Positions 28,154 through 37,268 of a stretch of DNA of 64,000 nt are shown piece by piece. The first letter of the stretch is position 1; each line of letters begins with the position of its first letter. A model generated the notes under the pieces. That model was not told the origin of the DNA. It was given only the letters and a program-made list of their open reading frames with translations, and ran no database searches. This DNA is from an uncultured Candidatus Saccharibacteria bacterium (GTDB lineage Bacteria; Patescibacteriota; Minisyncoccia; Phycocordibacterales; CAIZLB01), in contig CAZVIP010000002.1 of assembly GCA_964627085.1 (NCBI GenBank), positions 85,151-149,150 of the forward strand. Reading direction: 5' to 3'. The translations under genes were made by a program, and so were the position numbers.

Positions 28154-28793
28154 TTTTTTGATTATTCATTTTATTAAAAGCATCAATAACCTCAAGTTTA
28201 AAAGGCTGATCAGGGGCTTCATATGCTTGTTCTACATACCCTACAGCCAAAGCCAAATCCTCGATACTATTTTCTTGAATACCTTTCTCGTAATAGCAAT
28301 GAGCAAGGTAAAAATTGCATGTATTAATTTTTCTATCATCCCTCAAAACTACCGAAGAATCTCGTAGAGCTTTTAGGGCATCTACAGCCTTACTAAACTC
28401 TTTTGAAACTATAAAAGACATCGCGTACTGTAGCTGGTTTGTATACTCTAGTAATTCCTCATTTATTTTTTTCTCTGCTAAATTAATTCTCTTTTCAGCG
28501 TCATCAATTTTTTCTCTTGATGCGTCAATCTTGAAGCCAGAATAAACAAAAAAAACTGCAAATAACGTTGAAAGGACTGTCATAAAAAATATCCAGTGAT
28601 CATCATCGCTTTCTTGCTGTGGAGCATGATAGTTACAATGAACAACGGGGTATCTTTGATGACTGTTGTCAGACGGGCTATGGGTAAAGAGATAGATCAG
28701 AACACTGAAAAACAGTAGGATAATTGCCTTAAAAATAAAGTCTTTTGATACATTCATTGGTTTAATTATACACACATTGCTTACCATTAACAC
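28146..28793 (-). CDS. Membrane protein with a TPR-like C-terminal region
   Basis: It has two TM helices followed by an amphipathic helical repeat region. It overlaps the downstream gene by 8 bp, so the two are co-transcribed. Confidence 0.4.
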   Translation of the reverse strand: MLMVSNVCIIKPMNVSKDFIFKAIILLFFSVLIYLFTHSPSDNSHQRYPVVHCNYHAPQQESDDDHWIFFMTVLSTLFAVFFVYSGFKIDASREKIDDAEKRINLAEKKINEELLEYTNQLQYAMSFIVSKEFSKAVDALKALRDSSVVLRDDRKINTCNFYLAHCYYEKGIQENSIEDLALAVGYVEQAYEAPDQPFKLEVIDAFNKMNNQKNV

Positions 28794-29102
28794 CCTTCAC
28801 CTGCATTGAAGCGTTAATAATAGTTGTCACTTCCATAAGGCGTGGTAAATCCCCATTGATGTTTAGCAAGCAGAATAAATCATAAAGCTTTTCAATGTAT
28901 TTCTAGAAACGTTCATCTGTTGATCCATTGTTTAATATTTTATTTACACACCTTAGCATCTCTTTCGTGTTGTCCACCTTAGTCATTTACTTCTAACTAT
29001 TGAACCATACATGGTTTTTTGAGCTGTAATATTATTCTGTTTCAAACGATTCTTGGAACAACAAACATATACCTTCGTTTTACTTCACACAAATAATCAC
29101 AT

Positions 29103-30863
29103 TTAGGCCACCTCTTCACCAGAAGTAGGATTATCCAGTTTTACTAAAGCATCAAAATCTACATCCCTCCATTCCTGTTTCCATAAATCAAAATACGGGA
29201 TATCAGTTGATTCTGGTTCATGTTCAGGAAAATCGATTTGCACCACAGAAGGTAAAGATATCGATTCTCCTATTAACAAAGCCTCTCCAGACTTCAGTGA
29301 AGGCAATGCGTTGGTAATGTCCCCGAGAGCATCTGGTAACAATTTTTTAACATAATTTTGATCATCGGGATTTGTGAGTCTCATGGCAATAAAGTTATTG
29401 CACTGAGAAAAAATGGTCTCTGAAACCTCAGATGGTCTTTGACTTACAACACCTAGAGTCACGCCATATTTTCTACCTTCTTTTGCGATCCGCTCGATAG
29501 CTGTTTTTGATGCCCGATATTTAATCAAATCACTTCGCGGTACATACTTATGAGCTTCTTCATAGATAATTAACAGCGGAGCCTCACTGTCGACACCAAC
29601 TGGAAGGCTTTTTTTGTGATAATAACCATAGTCAAACAGTAATCTGGATATTAAAGAGACTGTGATACTCAGCACCTCAAACGGAATACCCGACAAATCA
29701 ATAACTGTAACATTTGATTTACTTTCACTATAACCAAGTAAATGTTTCATCACGGTTTGCAAACCATCTGTTGCACCTGAATCAAAGATGAATTTGAGGC
29801 GTGGGTTATTGATGCTATTTTCCAATCTCAAAACAAATCTTTCAAAATCACCTTTATATGGACCTGCTTTAATTTTTGAACGGCTAGATTCTGCAAACCT
29901 AACCACCTCATCAAAATATCTATCCGTTCTCTCATTAATTGAGACCTCATTTTCATCAACTGGAATACCGTCCTGACTAGCAATCATTTCGTTGTTTAAG
30001 TTTTTAATATAATTGACCACTTCCTCTATATTAAATTTGAGAGGTGAGTCAAAATAAATCTTATCTTTATGAACACCCGGATTATGTTTTACTTTATTTG
30101 CAGTTACCGCTTGCTTAAAAATTGAAACTTGGTTATGGGAATTCTCCTCATTACTTTCAATAAAGAGATCAGCTAATTCCTCGCTGTCAAATAACCAATA
30201 AGGGATTTTAATATTCGTATGATTTATGTGGTTACCATCAGGGAAAGCTTTTTTATACTCGCCATGAATATCAAATATTACAATATGTGAGTTATTTAAG
30301 CCCCTAAACCCACCCTCTTTTTCTTTCACAGCTTGCTGTATGACCGATGCTAAAGTATGGGATTTACCAGAGCCAGTTGAACCAACAATAGCAAAATGTT
30401 TGTTAAAAAATTTATTCCCATTCACATAAGCTTTAACACTTTTATTTTCTGAAAGACTTGAAAAGGTAAATTTATCTCCGTCTTTTAGTTTACAGGTATA
30501 AATGTTGTTGAAATCATCTTCACCAAAAATTGCTATTCCGTTATTAGGCGGCAAGGGAACTCCGTGTGCCCCACGTTTAAAGTCGTACTTTCCACTTGTA
30601 GAGTCTTTTATATAGGTACCAATCAGTCTCACCTCGATTATAAAAGTAGGTGAGTCAGTTTCAATCTCAGGATCGGGGTGGTCATTCGCTTTAATTTTGT
30701 AATTTTCTATAACTCCAACAATAAAATTTTCACCTGAGTCATTGTTTGGAATCTTTACAAAACTACCAATACTGAATTGACCAAGAAACTCTGTAGGGTC
30801 TAAAATTTCTATTGAAACTAAATTTCTTGTCACCGATACTATTTTAAAGTTATTTGAATCCAT
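29103..30863 (-). CDS. HerA-like (DUF87/FtsK-HerA superfamily) ATPase
   Basis: Walker A is AIVGSTGSGKSHTLASV. Walker B is HIVIFDIHGEY, which is the HerA-typical hhhhD..GEY form. C-terminal motifs LLIIYEEAHKYVP and VSQRPSEVSETIFSQCNNFIAMRLTN are HerA/DUF87 hallmarks. Confidence 0.7.
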   Translation of the reverse strand: MDSNNFKIVSVTRNLVSIEILDPTEFLGQFSIGSFVKIPNNDSGENFIVGVIENYKIKANDHPDPEIETDSPTFIIEVRLIGTYIKDSTSGKYDFKRGAHGVPLPPNNGIAIFGEDDFNNIYTCKLKDGDKFTFSSLSENKSVKAYVNGNKFFNKHFAIVGSTGSGKSHTLASVIQQAVKEKEGGFRGLNNSHIVIFDIHGEYKKAFPDGNHINHTNIKIPYWLFDSEELADLFIESNEENSHNQVSIFKQAVTANKVKHNPGVHKDKIYFDSPLKFNIEEVVNYIKNLNNEMIASQDGIPVDENEVSINERTDRYFDEVVRFAESSRSKIKAGPYKGDFERFVLRLENSINNPRLKFIFDSGATDGLQTVMKHLLGYSESKSNVTVIDLSGIPFEVLSITVSLISRLLFDYGYYHKKSLPVGVDSEAPLLIIYEEAHKYVPRSDLIKYRASKTAIERIAKEGRKYGVTLGVVSQRPSEVSETIFSQCNNFIAMRLTNPDDQNYVKKLLPDALGDITNALPSLKSGEALLIGESISLPSVVQIDFPEHEPESTDIPYFDLWKQEWRDVDFDALVKLDNPTSGEEVA

Positions 30864-30868
30864 ATATC

Positions 30869-32074
30869 TTATTTTAAAAATTTTACTAAATATTTTGTAC
30901 TAAGACCGTCCACTTTAACAAAAGGAATACCTGCAAACTCTTCTGGGATTAAGGAGTTAAAACAGTAGACTTTATTCGGCATCAGAGCATCAGCAACTGC
31001 AGGCAAATTCTCAATAGACACCAACCTTACATGAAATGAAATTTTTGACAGACTATCAGACCCTTTTCGACCTTTTGGAACTTTATTTTTAATTGGTTCA
31101 CCAGCTAAAATTTCTACACTAAATTTAATTGTTTCATAACCATCATTAAACATAACCCCTTTCTCAATCAAAGACTCTTTAACGGAGGTTAGGTGCCTCT
31201 GGGTCAGCGCAACAAGAGGGGGTTTGATGTCGGTTTTTGCATTTTGAAAGTATGATTCAATAAGGCTGACAACCACTTCGTCTACAGAACATATTTCGTC
31301 TATCTCGATGTTACCAATGATAAAGAAATTGTTCCAATTCCTATGAATTGACCCTCGTTCAAACTCTTTCTCAACAAATTTAAAATATGCCTCTGCTCCT
31401 CGATACTCTTTAAACTCGGTAGTAAATATTGCTGATCTTGCCCCCCTTAAAAGCTGTACTATCTGTTTTTTATTACAGACCCTGTTACAACCTTCAGGAT
31501 CACTTATTATCATTGTTTGAAGGAAACCGACCAATTGCGAATGGTGGAAAACCGCCTGCTCATCATCTATCTCAGGTAGAACCTGTTTAATAAGGCCAAG
31601 TACCTCTTCGAACTGTTTTTGAAACTTAGGGGCAAAAACTATCTTAAACTTTGATGCAAATGATTCTTTATCTGATTGAGAAATTGATTCTAACTCCTTA
31701 TTTATTCTGATAGCTTCATTTGATGTGCCATTAACTTTTGAAAGTATTATATCTAAGTCAGTCACTTTAACATCCCAAACTTCTTCTTTTCGATTATTAA
31801 AGTGACAATAAATGATATAGGTCTTTTCTGGATCAGTCTTGAAAAGTTGTAACAGCTGCATAACCGGCTCTCTAAGAGAGGTATTTGTGTAATCCTTGGT
31901 CTCTCTGTATTTAATCTGAAATACATAGTCATTGTGATCAAGATCTTGAATTTTCTCTACACCTACCTCACTTTCTTCATCATCATTACTTAAAATAGCA
32001 ATAAGTGTTTTATCAAACTGATATGAATATCCTTTTATTGCATAATAGGCGCCGTCCATTTCTAAAGTATACAC
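30869..32074 (-). CDS. DUF4297-like protein (predicted PD-(D/E)xK-type nuclease effector), co-operonic with the HerA-like ATPase
   Basis: The N-terminal motif AIKGYSYQFDKTLIAIL is the G[FY]xYQ signature of DUF4297. The protein is 401 aa and lies 5 bp upstream of the HerA gene on the same strand. Confidence 0.5.
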   Translation of the reverse strand: MYTLEMDGAYYAIKGYSYQFDKTLIAILSNDDEESEVGVEKIQDLDHNDYVFQIKYRETKDYTNTSLREPVMQLLQLFKTDPEKTYIIYCHFNNRKEEVWDVKVTDLDIILSKVNGTSNEAIRINKELESISQSDKESFASKFKIVFAPKFQKQFEEVLGLIKQVLPEIDDEQAVFHHSQLVGFLQTMIISDPEGCNRVCNKKQIVQLLRGARSAIFTTEFKEYRGAEAYFKFVEKEFERGSIHRNWNNFFIIGNIEIDEICSVDEVVVSLIESYFQNAKTDIKPPLVALTQRHLTSVKESLIEKGVMFNDGYETIKFSVEILAGEPIKNKVPKGRKGSDSLSKISFHVRLVSIENLPAVADALMPNKVYCFNSLIPEEFAGIPFVKVDGLSTKYLVKFLK

Positions 32075-32325
32075 GAAGTTGATGTACTAGAAAGCCACCA
32101 AAAAAAATGAACGCGAAGTGCTATTTCTTTCTGAATTAGGCAGTAACCACTTCAGTGACCTTGTTAACTTTTCAGCCTTGTTGCACCACGACCTACCCTC
32201 TTCTTCAGGCTCGAAGCGATTTTTGTAATTGGCTTGTGCTCCGCACAAGGACGGAAAATGTCAGTTGCGGTTTTATATCAACGTCGAAATCTGCTGATTT
32301 CGACGCAAATTTTACGCATAAAATT

Positions 32326-32399
32326 TGGCTGCCAGACTTGGAATCGAACCAAGATTAAAGGCTTCAAAGGCCTCTGTCCTACCTTTAGACGATCTGGCA
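32326..32399 (-). tRNA. tRNA-Gln (anticodon UUG), with the CCA encoded
   Basis: The reverse-strand read is UGCCAGA-UC-GUCU-AAAGGUA-GGAC-A-GAGGC-CUUUGAA-GCCUU-UAAU-CUUGG-UUCGAUU-CCAAG-UCUGGCA-G-CCA. This gives a 7 bp acceptor stem, a canonical T-arm (GGUUCGAUUCC) and a CUUUGAA anticodon loop. A 9 bp hairpin lies downstream. Confidence 0.8.
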
Positions 32400-32456
32400 A
32401 TATATCAAATAATCTTCAAATAATGATGAAATTATCCTAAATCAGTTGATTGACCC

Positions 32457-33608
32457 CTACTTTACACTAAAAAACCTATACAGGGCAAGCTCCAAAGGCA
32501 AAGTCTTGATATTTGTCTTATCTATATAATCCTTCACACCGAGCAAAGTCTCGAGGGCATGCATACCCGCGGCGCGATACTGCGCTTTTTCAAAAATTTC
32601 ATTACGAATATGCAAGATGACATTGTCTATAAACAGTTCCATATCTGTGCCAGATTCAGCAATTGAGCTCAAAATTTTGAGACCTTCTTGAACTTTTTCT
32701 TCGCCCAACTTTATTTTTTCTTGATCAGAATTTAATGCCTGTCTTGATACAGTATCTATGAGGAAAAGAGCACCAAACCTCTCGACCTCACGCGCTGCAG
32801 AGAGTCCGATAGCATTCATGATAATTTCATAAGTAATCACATTGTCATGTGCATGTGCGACTGTGAGGACTTTCTGTATATGTGTCAACAAATCTCTAAA
32901 TGAACCACGGCCAGATTGTGCAATATAGTATGCGAGGGTACGTGCCGGGTTTTTGTCTTCACCTTCACTGCCCGATGAAGCAGTATCAAATCGATACCCT
33001 TCTTCCTGAACAACCTTCGTCACAATGCCAGCGAGTGTATCAAGATCAGGTTTTTTGAATTGAAATACCTGACATCTTGAAATGATTGTATCTGGAATTT
33101 TATGTAACTCTGTTGTCGCAAGTATGAAGATGACATGCTTTGGTGGTTCCTCAAGTGTTTTCAAAAAAGCATTAAATGCAGACTTTGAAAGCATGTGGAC
33201 TTCATCCAATATATATACCTTGAACTTCGAGCTGAGGGGCAAAGTGTAGATAGCATCATTTAATGTACGTATATCATCAACACTTGTATTTGAGGCGGCA
33301 TCAATTTCATAAATATCCTCAGGTGCTGTACCAATATTTTTGGCAAAAATTCTAGCAATTGTTGTCTTGCCCGTTCCTCGTCCTCCTGCAAACAAAAAGG
33401 CATGATTTGGCTTATCCTTCTTCACCTCCTCTTTCAAGATATCAACAATGTGTGACTGCCCTGTCACTTCATTAAAATCAGCAGGTCTGTATTTTCGATA
33501 GAGAGCTGTATGAGCACCTTGTGCACCTGATGTATTTTTTGCTGATGTATCTTTTGTGCTCTCTGTCTTTTTTGAAGTTGGATTAGATGTTGTCATATCG
33601 GATATCAT
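32457..33608 (-). CDS. dnaX: DNA polymerase III gamma/tau subunit (short form)
   Basis: YRKYRPADFNEVTGQSHIV...FLFAGGRGTGKTTIARIFAK...ILDEVHMLS are the AAA+ clamp-loader motifs. Confidence 0.85.
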   Translation of the reverse strand: MISDMTTSNPTSKKTESTKDTSAKNTSGAQGAHTALYRKYRPADFNEVTGQSHIVDILKEEVKKDKPNHAFLFAGGRGTGKTTIARIFAKNIGTAPEDIYEIDAASNTSVDDIRTLNDAIYTLPLSSKFKVYILDEVHMLSKSAFNAFLKTLEEPPKHVIFILATTELHKIPDTIISRCQVFQFKKPDLDTLAGIVTKVVQEEGYRFDTASSGSEGEDKNPARTLAYYIAQSGRGSFRDLLTHIQKVLTVAHAHDNVITYEIIMNAIGLSAAREVERFGALFLIDTVSRQALNSDQEKIKLGEEKVQEGLKILSSIAESGTDMELFIDNVILHIRNEIFEKAQYRAAGMHALETLLGVKDYIDKTNIKTLPLELALYRFFSVK

Positions 33609-33825
33609 TATACTGAGTATTAATCATTTATGGAAATGAGCATCAGAGGCAGCATGTTGAGTATTCCTCAAAAATATGTTTTAATGTGGTCCGAAGTTCA
33701 TTTATACCCTATCCATACTGGATACAGGACGAGGCTTTGCGCATGCGGATGACACAATCCACATGTGAAATACAGACAATTCAGAAACACAAAAAACCCA
33801 ACAAACCACCAACACCAACTCAGTT

Positions 33826-34359
33826 ATGCCAGCTATTCAGAAAAAACCAACACCAAGAAAATGGGCAGCAATCCTGCGCACCAAACCAAAAACCGCCAAC
33901 AAGGACATCAAACGAAAACACGTTACAAAGAAGACAAAGCATGTCCCAGCCGACGAGATACCTTTCAAGGAATCTGACCGGCCAGGAATTGACCTTGGTC
34001 TTTTGGCCATGTTCCCTGAGCGGGCCAGCATACGCATTTGCCCAGCACTGGGAAATAAAGGCCTAGGACCCACAGATCCTCATTACTTTGAAATCACATA
34101 CAAGTGTCCCACTGGCAAAATCCGCGAGACAATAATGAAATCAAAGACTGCAAAAAGACGCACGCTGTTACTCAAGTGGATACGAGAATTCTTCTCCACC
34201 CTCGAGGAAAAAGTTTATGGTGACAAACGTCTCGGTCGCAGAGGTAAGCCAAAATTTACTTTACACTTCAATCCAGACGCAGTCAGAGATATCATGCGAG
34301 AACTTGCCGAAAAAAACTACATGCAGCTGCGACGCGCGGACGAAGTTACAAATCCATAA
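33826..34359 (+). CDS. GC-rich basic hypothetical protein (177 aa)
   Basis: It has a Lys/Arg-rich N-terminus, a terminator downstream and GC content clearly above its flanks. No motif was recognised. Two shorter overlapping + frame ORFs are probably artefacts. Confidence 0.35.
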   Translation: MPAIQKKPTPRKWAAILRTKPKTANKDIKRKHVTKKTKHVPADEIPFKESDRPGIDLGLLAMFPERASIRICPALGNKGLGPTDPHYFEITYKCPTGKIRETIMKSKTAKRRTLLLKWIREFFSTLEEKVYGDKRLGRRGKPKFTLHFNPDAVRDIMRELAEKNYMQLRRADEVTNP

Positions 34360-34447
34360 CGAAATTCTGCAAGCACAGCTAGTGCCACTATAGCCAAAAG
34401 GCAAAATCATTTTCCTTGGACGTCACGACAACCAACGAAAAAAATCA

Positions 34448-34491
34448 ACGAGACCCGATTCCATTCACATGGAGCCGGGTCGTTTTTTTTA
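34448..34491. terminator. Intrinsic terminator: gacccg...cgggtc followed by gttttttttt
   Basis: A stem with an internal sub-hairpin and a T9 run. It is placed between the convergent genes ending at 34359 (+) and 34604 (-). Confidence 0.6.
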
Positions 34492-34603
34492 TATTCAGTA
34501 TTCTACCTTTCTCACACGCGCAACATGCACCACCTACCAATGCAATATGTGCAACTATGCAATGCTCACAACACAGACAATGCGCTCAACCAGTGCAAGT
34601 AAA

Positions 34604-36037
34604 TTACACAAAATTATTTGTCTTCACCGCATGCTCTGCGATAATTCTTTTGACGTCGTCCACACAGTTTGCATTGTCCATGAGGTCGACGCGCAATTCT
34701 TTGGCATGATCAAAACCATTGATATATGCTTTAAAATGTTTTTTCATGATGGCAAAATTTTTGATATCACCAAGATGCTCCACGAATAATTCTGTATGTC
34801 TAATTGCAGTATTAATTTTTTCCAAAATAGTTGGGTGATATTGGTCAAATTCAATCACCTCCGCTGAGCCGTGAGCAGTTTCAGCAGGCGTGCCAATCTC
34901 AGGAACGCCCGTGCCAATCTCTGCATCAACGGCTAGATTTTTCTCTGCGCTATCCCCCGCACTATCTCCTGCGCCAATCTCCGCACTATTCCACACATCA
35001 CGTTTCAAACCACTAAATAGCCATGGATTTCCAAATAGCGCTCGGCCGAGCATGGCACCATCGGCACCTTGGGCTCGGGCTTTTGCAATTCCATCTGGGA
35101 CAGAAGTGATATCACCGTTTCCAATAATCAAAGTTCGATCGGCAGATAAAAGGTCTGCTTGCACAGAATCTCGAATTGCAATTGCTTCGCTCAAATGTTC
35201 CCAGCGTGCTGGTACGAGTGACATTTCTTTTCGAGTTCGGCAGTGCACGGTGATGAGTGCAGGCTTAGCAGAAAGTAGTGCCGGTATCCATGTTTCGAGT
35301 TCATTTTTGTTATACCCAATTCTTGTTTTAACAGAAACTGCAATTGGTTCTTCGTATAAATTTTTATCGATAATTCGAATTTCGTTTTCACGGATAAGTG
35401 TTTGGACGAATTCATCGCCGATATTTGTGTTGGCGTTGGCACCGACGTTGGTGCTGACGTTGGTGTCGGTGCTGGCACCATTTGCAGCACTAGCACTGTT
35501 TTCCGCACCCGCATCTTTGTCAGCAACATCTGTTTGCGCTACGCCGTTCACACCCATAGAACCAACACCACCCACTTCATCAAACGCTCGCTTAGCTCCG
35601 GCTTTGGCGGCGGCGATTATTTGCAATGCCTTTTCAGGGTTTTTCATCATGCTTGCGCCAGCGCCCTGTTTTTCAATTGACCTATCAGGGCAACCCATAT
35701 TTATATCAATACCATCAAAACCAAGGAGTGCGACAAGATATGCCGCCTGCTCCATATATACTGGGTTTGAACCAAAAAGCTGGGCGACTATTGGGCGCTC
35801 TTTATCATTAAATTTTAAATCACGAAGTAATTTGCCTCGCCCCTCAGCACTTGCGCGCACAAGACCATCAGCAGAAACAAATTCTGTCCACATCATATCC
35901 GGATTCCCTTTTTCAGAAATCAATGTACGAAATGCAATATCGGTGACATCAGCCATAGGCGCAAGAACAATAAGCGGTCTTGGTGTACCACTTGCATCTT
36001 GTTCCTTTTTAAGTCTTTGCCACACATTCATGGACAA
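34604..36037 (-). CDS. tRNA-dihydrouridine synthase (Dus family) with a low-complexity insertion and a C-terminal extension
   Basis: VLAPMADVTD..FR....QLFGSNP...GFDGIDINMGCP......KTRIG...VHCRTR are the Dus motifs. A ~55 aa Gly/Ala/Asn/Thr-rich insertion is encoded by short tandem DNA repeats around 35400-35480. Confidence 0.8.
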   Translation of the reverse strand: MSMNVWQRLKKEQDASGTPRPLIVLAPMADVTDIAFRTLISEKGNPDMMWTEFVSADGLVRASAEGRGKLLRDLKFNDKERPIVAQLFGSNPVYMEQAAYLVALLGFDGIDINMGCPDRSIEKQGAGASMMKNPEKALQIIAAAKAGAKRAFDEVGGVGSMGVNGVAQTDVADKDAGAENSASAANGASTDTNVSTNVGANANTNIGDEFVQTLIRENEIRIIDKNLYEEPIAVSVKTRIGYNKNELETWIPALLSAKPALITVHCRTRKEMSLVPARWEHLSEAIAIRDSVQADLLSADRTLIIGNGDITSVPDGIAKARAQGADGAMLGRALFGNPWLFSGLKRDVWNSAEIGAGDSAGDSAEKNLAVDAEIGTGVPEIGTPAETAHGSAEVIEFDQYHPTILEKINTAIRHTELFVEHLGDIKNFAIMKKHFKAYINGFDHAKELRVDLMDNANCVDDVKRIIAEHAVKTNNFV

Positions 36038-36046
36038 AGGATAGCA

Positions 36047-36427
36047 CTAGTGAGGCAAATTTTCTAGGACCTTGGCGATTATTTCATCAGGACTTGAAGT
36101 AGCCTTAATCATGAAATGTGCACCGAGTGCAACTGCCTTGTCTCTATGTTCAGCATCATCTGTATTACTTACCACAAGCACAGGGATATTTTTTGTTCTC
36201 TCATCTTTGCGAATAAGCTCGAGAGCATCGAGACCATTCATATGTGGAAGGAAAATATCCAAGATAATAAGTGCAGGGACAGTAGTCTTCATGGCCTCGA
36301 TAGCATCTTCGGCACTTGTAAATAATTTTGGCTCAATCGGAGCATTATGAAGCTGATCATTCAATAATCGGCCCAAGAACATATCATCTTCGATAACGAA
36401 AACCTTTGGAAGTTCATTTTGATTCAT
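36047..36427 (-). CDS. Single-domain response regulator (CheY-like receiver)
   Basis: VFVIEDD....ALIILDIFLPHMNGLD....PVLVVSN shows the receiver-domain Asp pocket and the phospho-acceptor. Confidence 0.75.
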   Translation of the reverse strand: MNQNELPKVFVIEDDMFLGRLLNDQLHNAPIEPKLFTSAEDAIEAMKTTVPALIILDIFLPHMNGLDALELIRKDERTKNIPVLVVSNTDDAEHRDKAVALGAHFMIKATSSPDEIIAKVLENLPH

Positions 36428-36548
36428 GCCTATATGCTACTTGGAATGCCCCAAGCAATCAAGTATCACCAGTGTATAAGCTGATTGTAGGCTCCTTTCA
36501 CCTAGAATATAATTGTATTGTTACAATAATAATTAATTAATACTTTAT

Positions 36549-37250
36549 ATGGAAATGGAAATGATGGGACCTATGGTCTTCGGATTGCATCTTGATGTAT
36601 TTTTGATGCTTGCATCAGGAATATTTTATTTGATTTGTGCAGGCTTTGTATGGAAGCCTATGAGAAAAGAGAAGAATGAATTAATCAATGCTCTTTTTGC
36701 TTTCTTGATTTATCAGGCAATCAGTATGTTCTTTATGGGTGTTGAAATGGCCACACATAATATGCTCTACGGTAACATTGCTGGTCTTGCAGTATTTGTT
36801 GGTTCAGCGTACATGCTTAAATTCCCTCTCAGTTCACTCTCTGAGAAAACAAGAAATATTTCATTCATGGCAATCTTGATTGCTGCGCTTGGTCTATTCC
36901 TATGGTTCATGCAAACTGAAGCGCGACAAATGGACCTTATGCATTTCGTACTTTGGTATGACCTTGTTCTCAACGGTATCGTTGTTGGTGGAACAATCAT
37001 TGGTTATGGAATCAAAACAACAGAGAAGCTTATTAAAACAAAAGCCTTTGCAGGTGGAGGTGGAGTTGTAAGTTGTTGTGTTGTTTCAAATGCAGCGATG
37101 CTTGGCGGTGCAATGATTTTGAGTTCAGTATTCCAATTCCTTGCCCCTGTCTTGATTCTCGCATCACTCAAATATGCAAGAACAAAAGCAAATGCACTGA
37201 ACACTAATATAGAGACACCAACACCAACAAGTACACCTACTAACGCCTAG
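36549..37250 (+). CDS. Polytopic membrane protein (hypothetical)
   Basis: About 7 TM helices. It is immediately followed by the histidine kinase gene, so it is probably co-transcribed with it. Confidence 0.4.
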   Translation: MEMEMMGPMVFGLHLDVFLMLASGIFYLICAGFVWKPMRKEKNELINALFAFLIYQAISMFFMGVEMATHNMLYGNIAGLAVFVGSAYMLKFPLSSLSEKTRNISFMAILIAALGLFLWFMQTEARQMDLMHFVLWYDLVLNGIVVGGTIIGYGIKTTEKLIKTKAFAGGGGVVSCCVVSNAAMLGGAMILSSVFQFLAPVLILASLKYARTKANALNTNIETPTPTSTPTNA

Positions 37251-37268
37251 TTTTTTACAATTATATTC

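Noticed and set aside
34890-36044. A 384 aa + strand ORF, and the 112 aa minus ORF at 35191-35529, overlapping the dus gene.
   Set aside because: They are antisense or alternate-frame ORFs within a well-supported Dus coding sequence. Their Ala/Ser/Pro-rich low-complexity translation is a mirror of the repetitive insertion.
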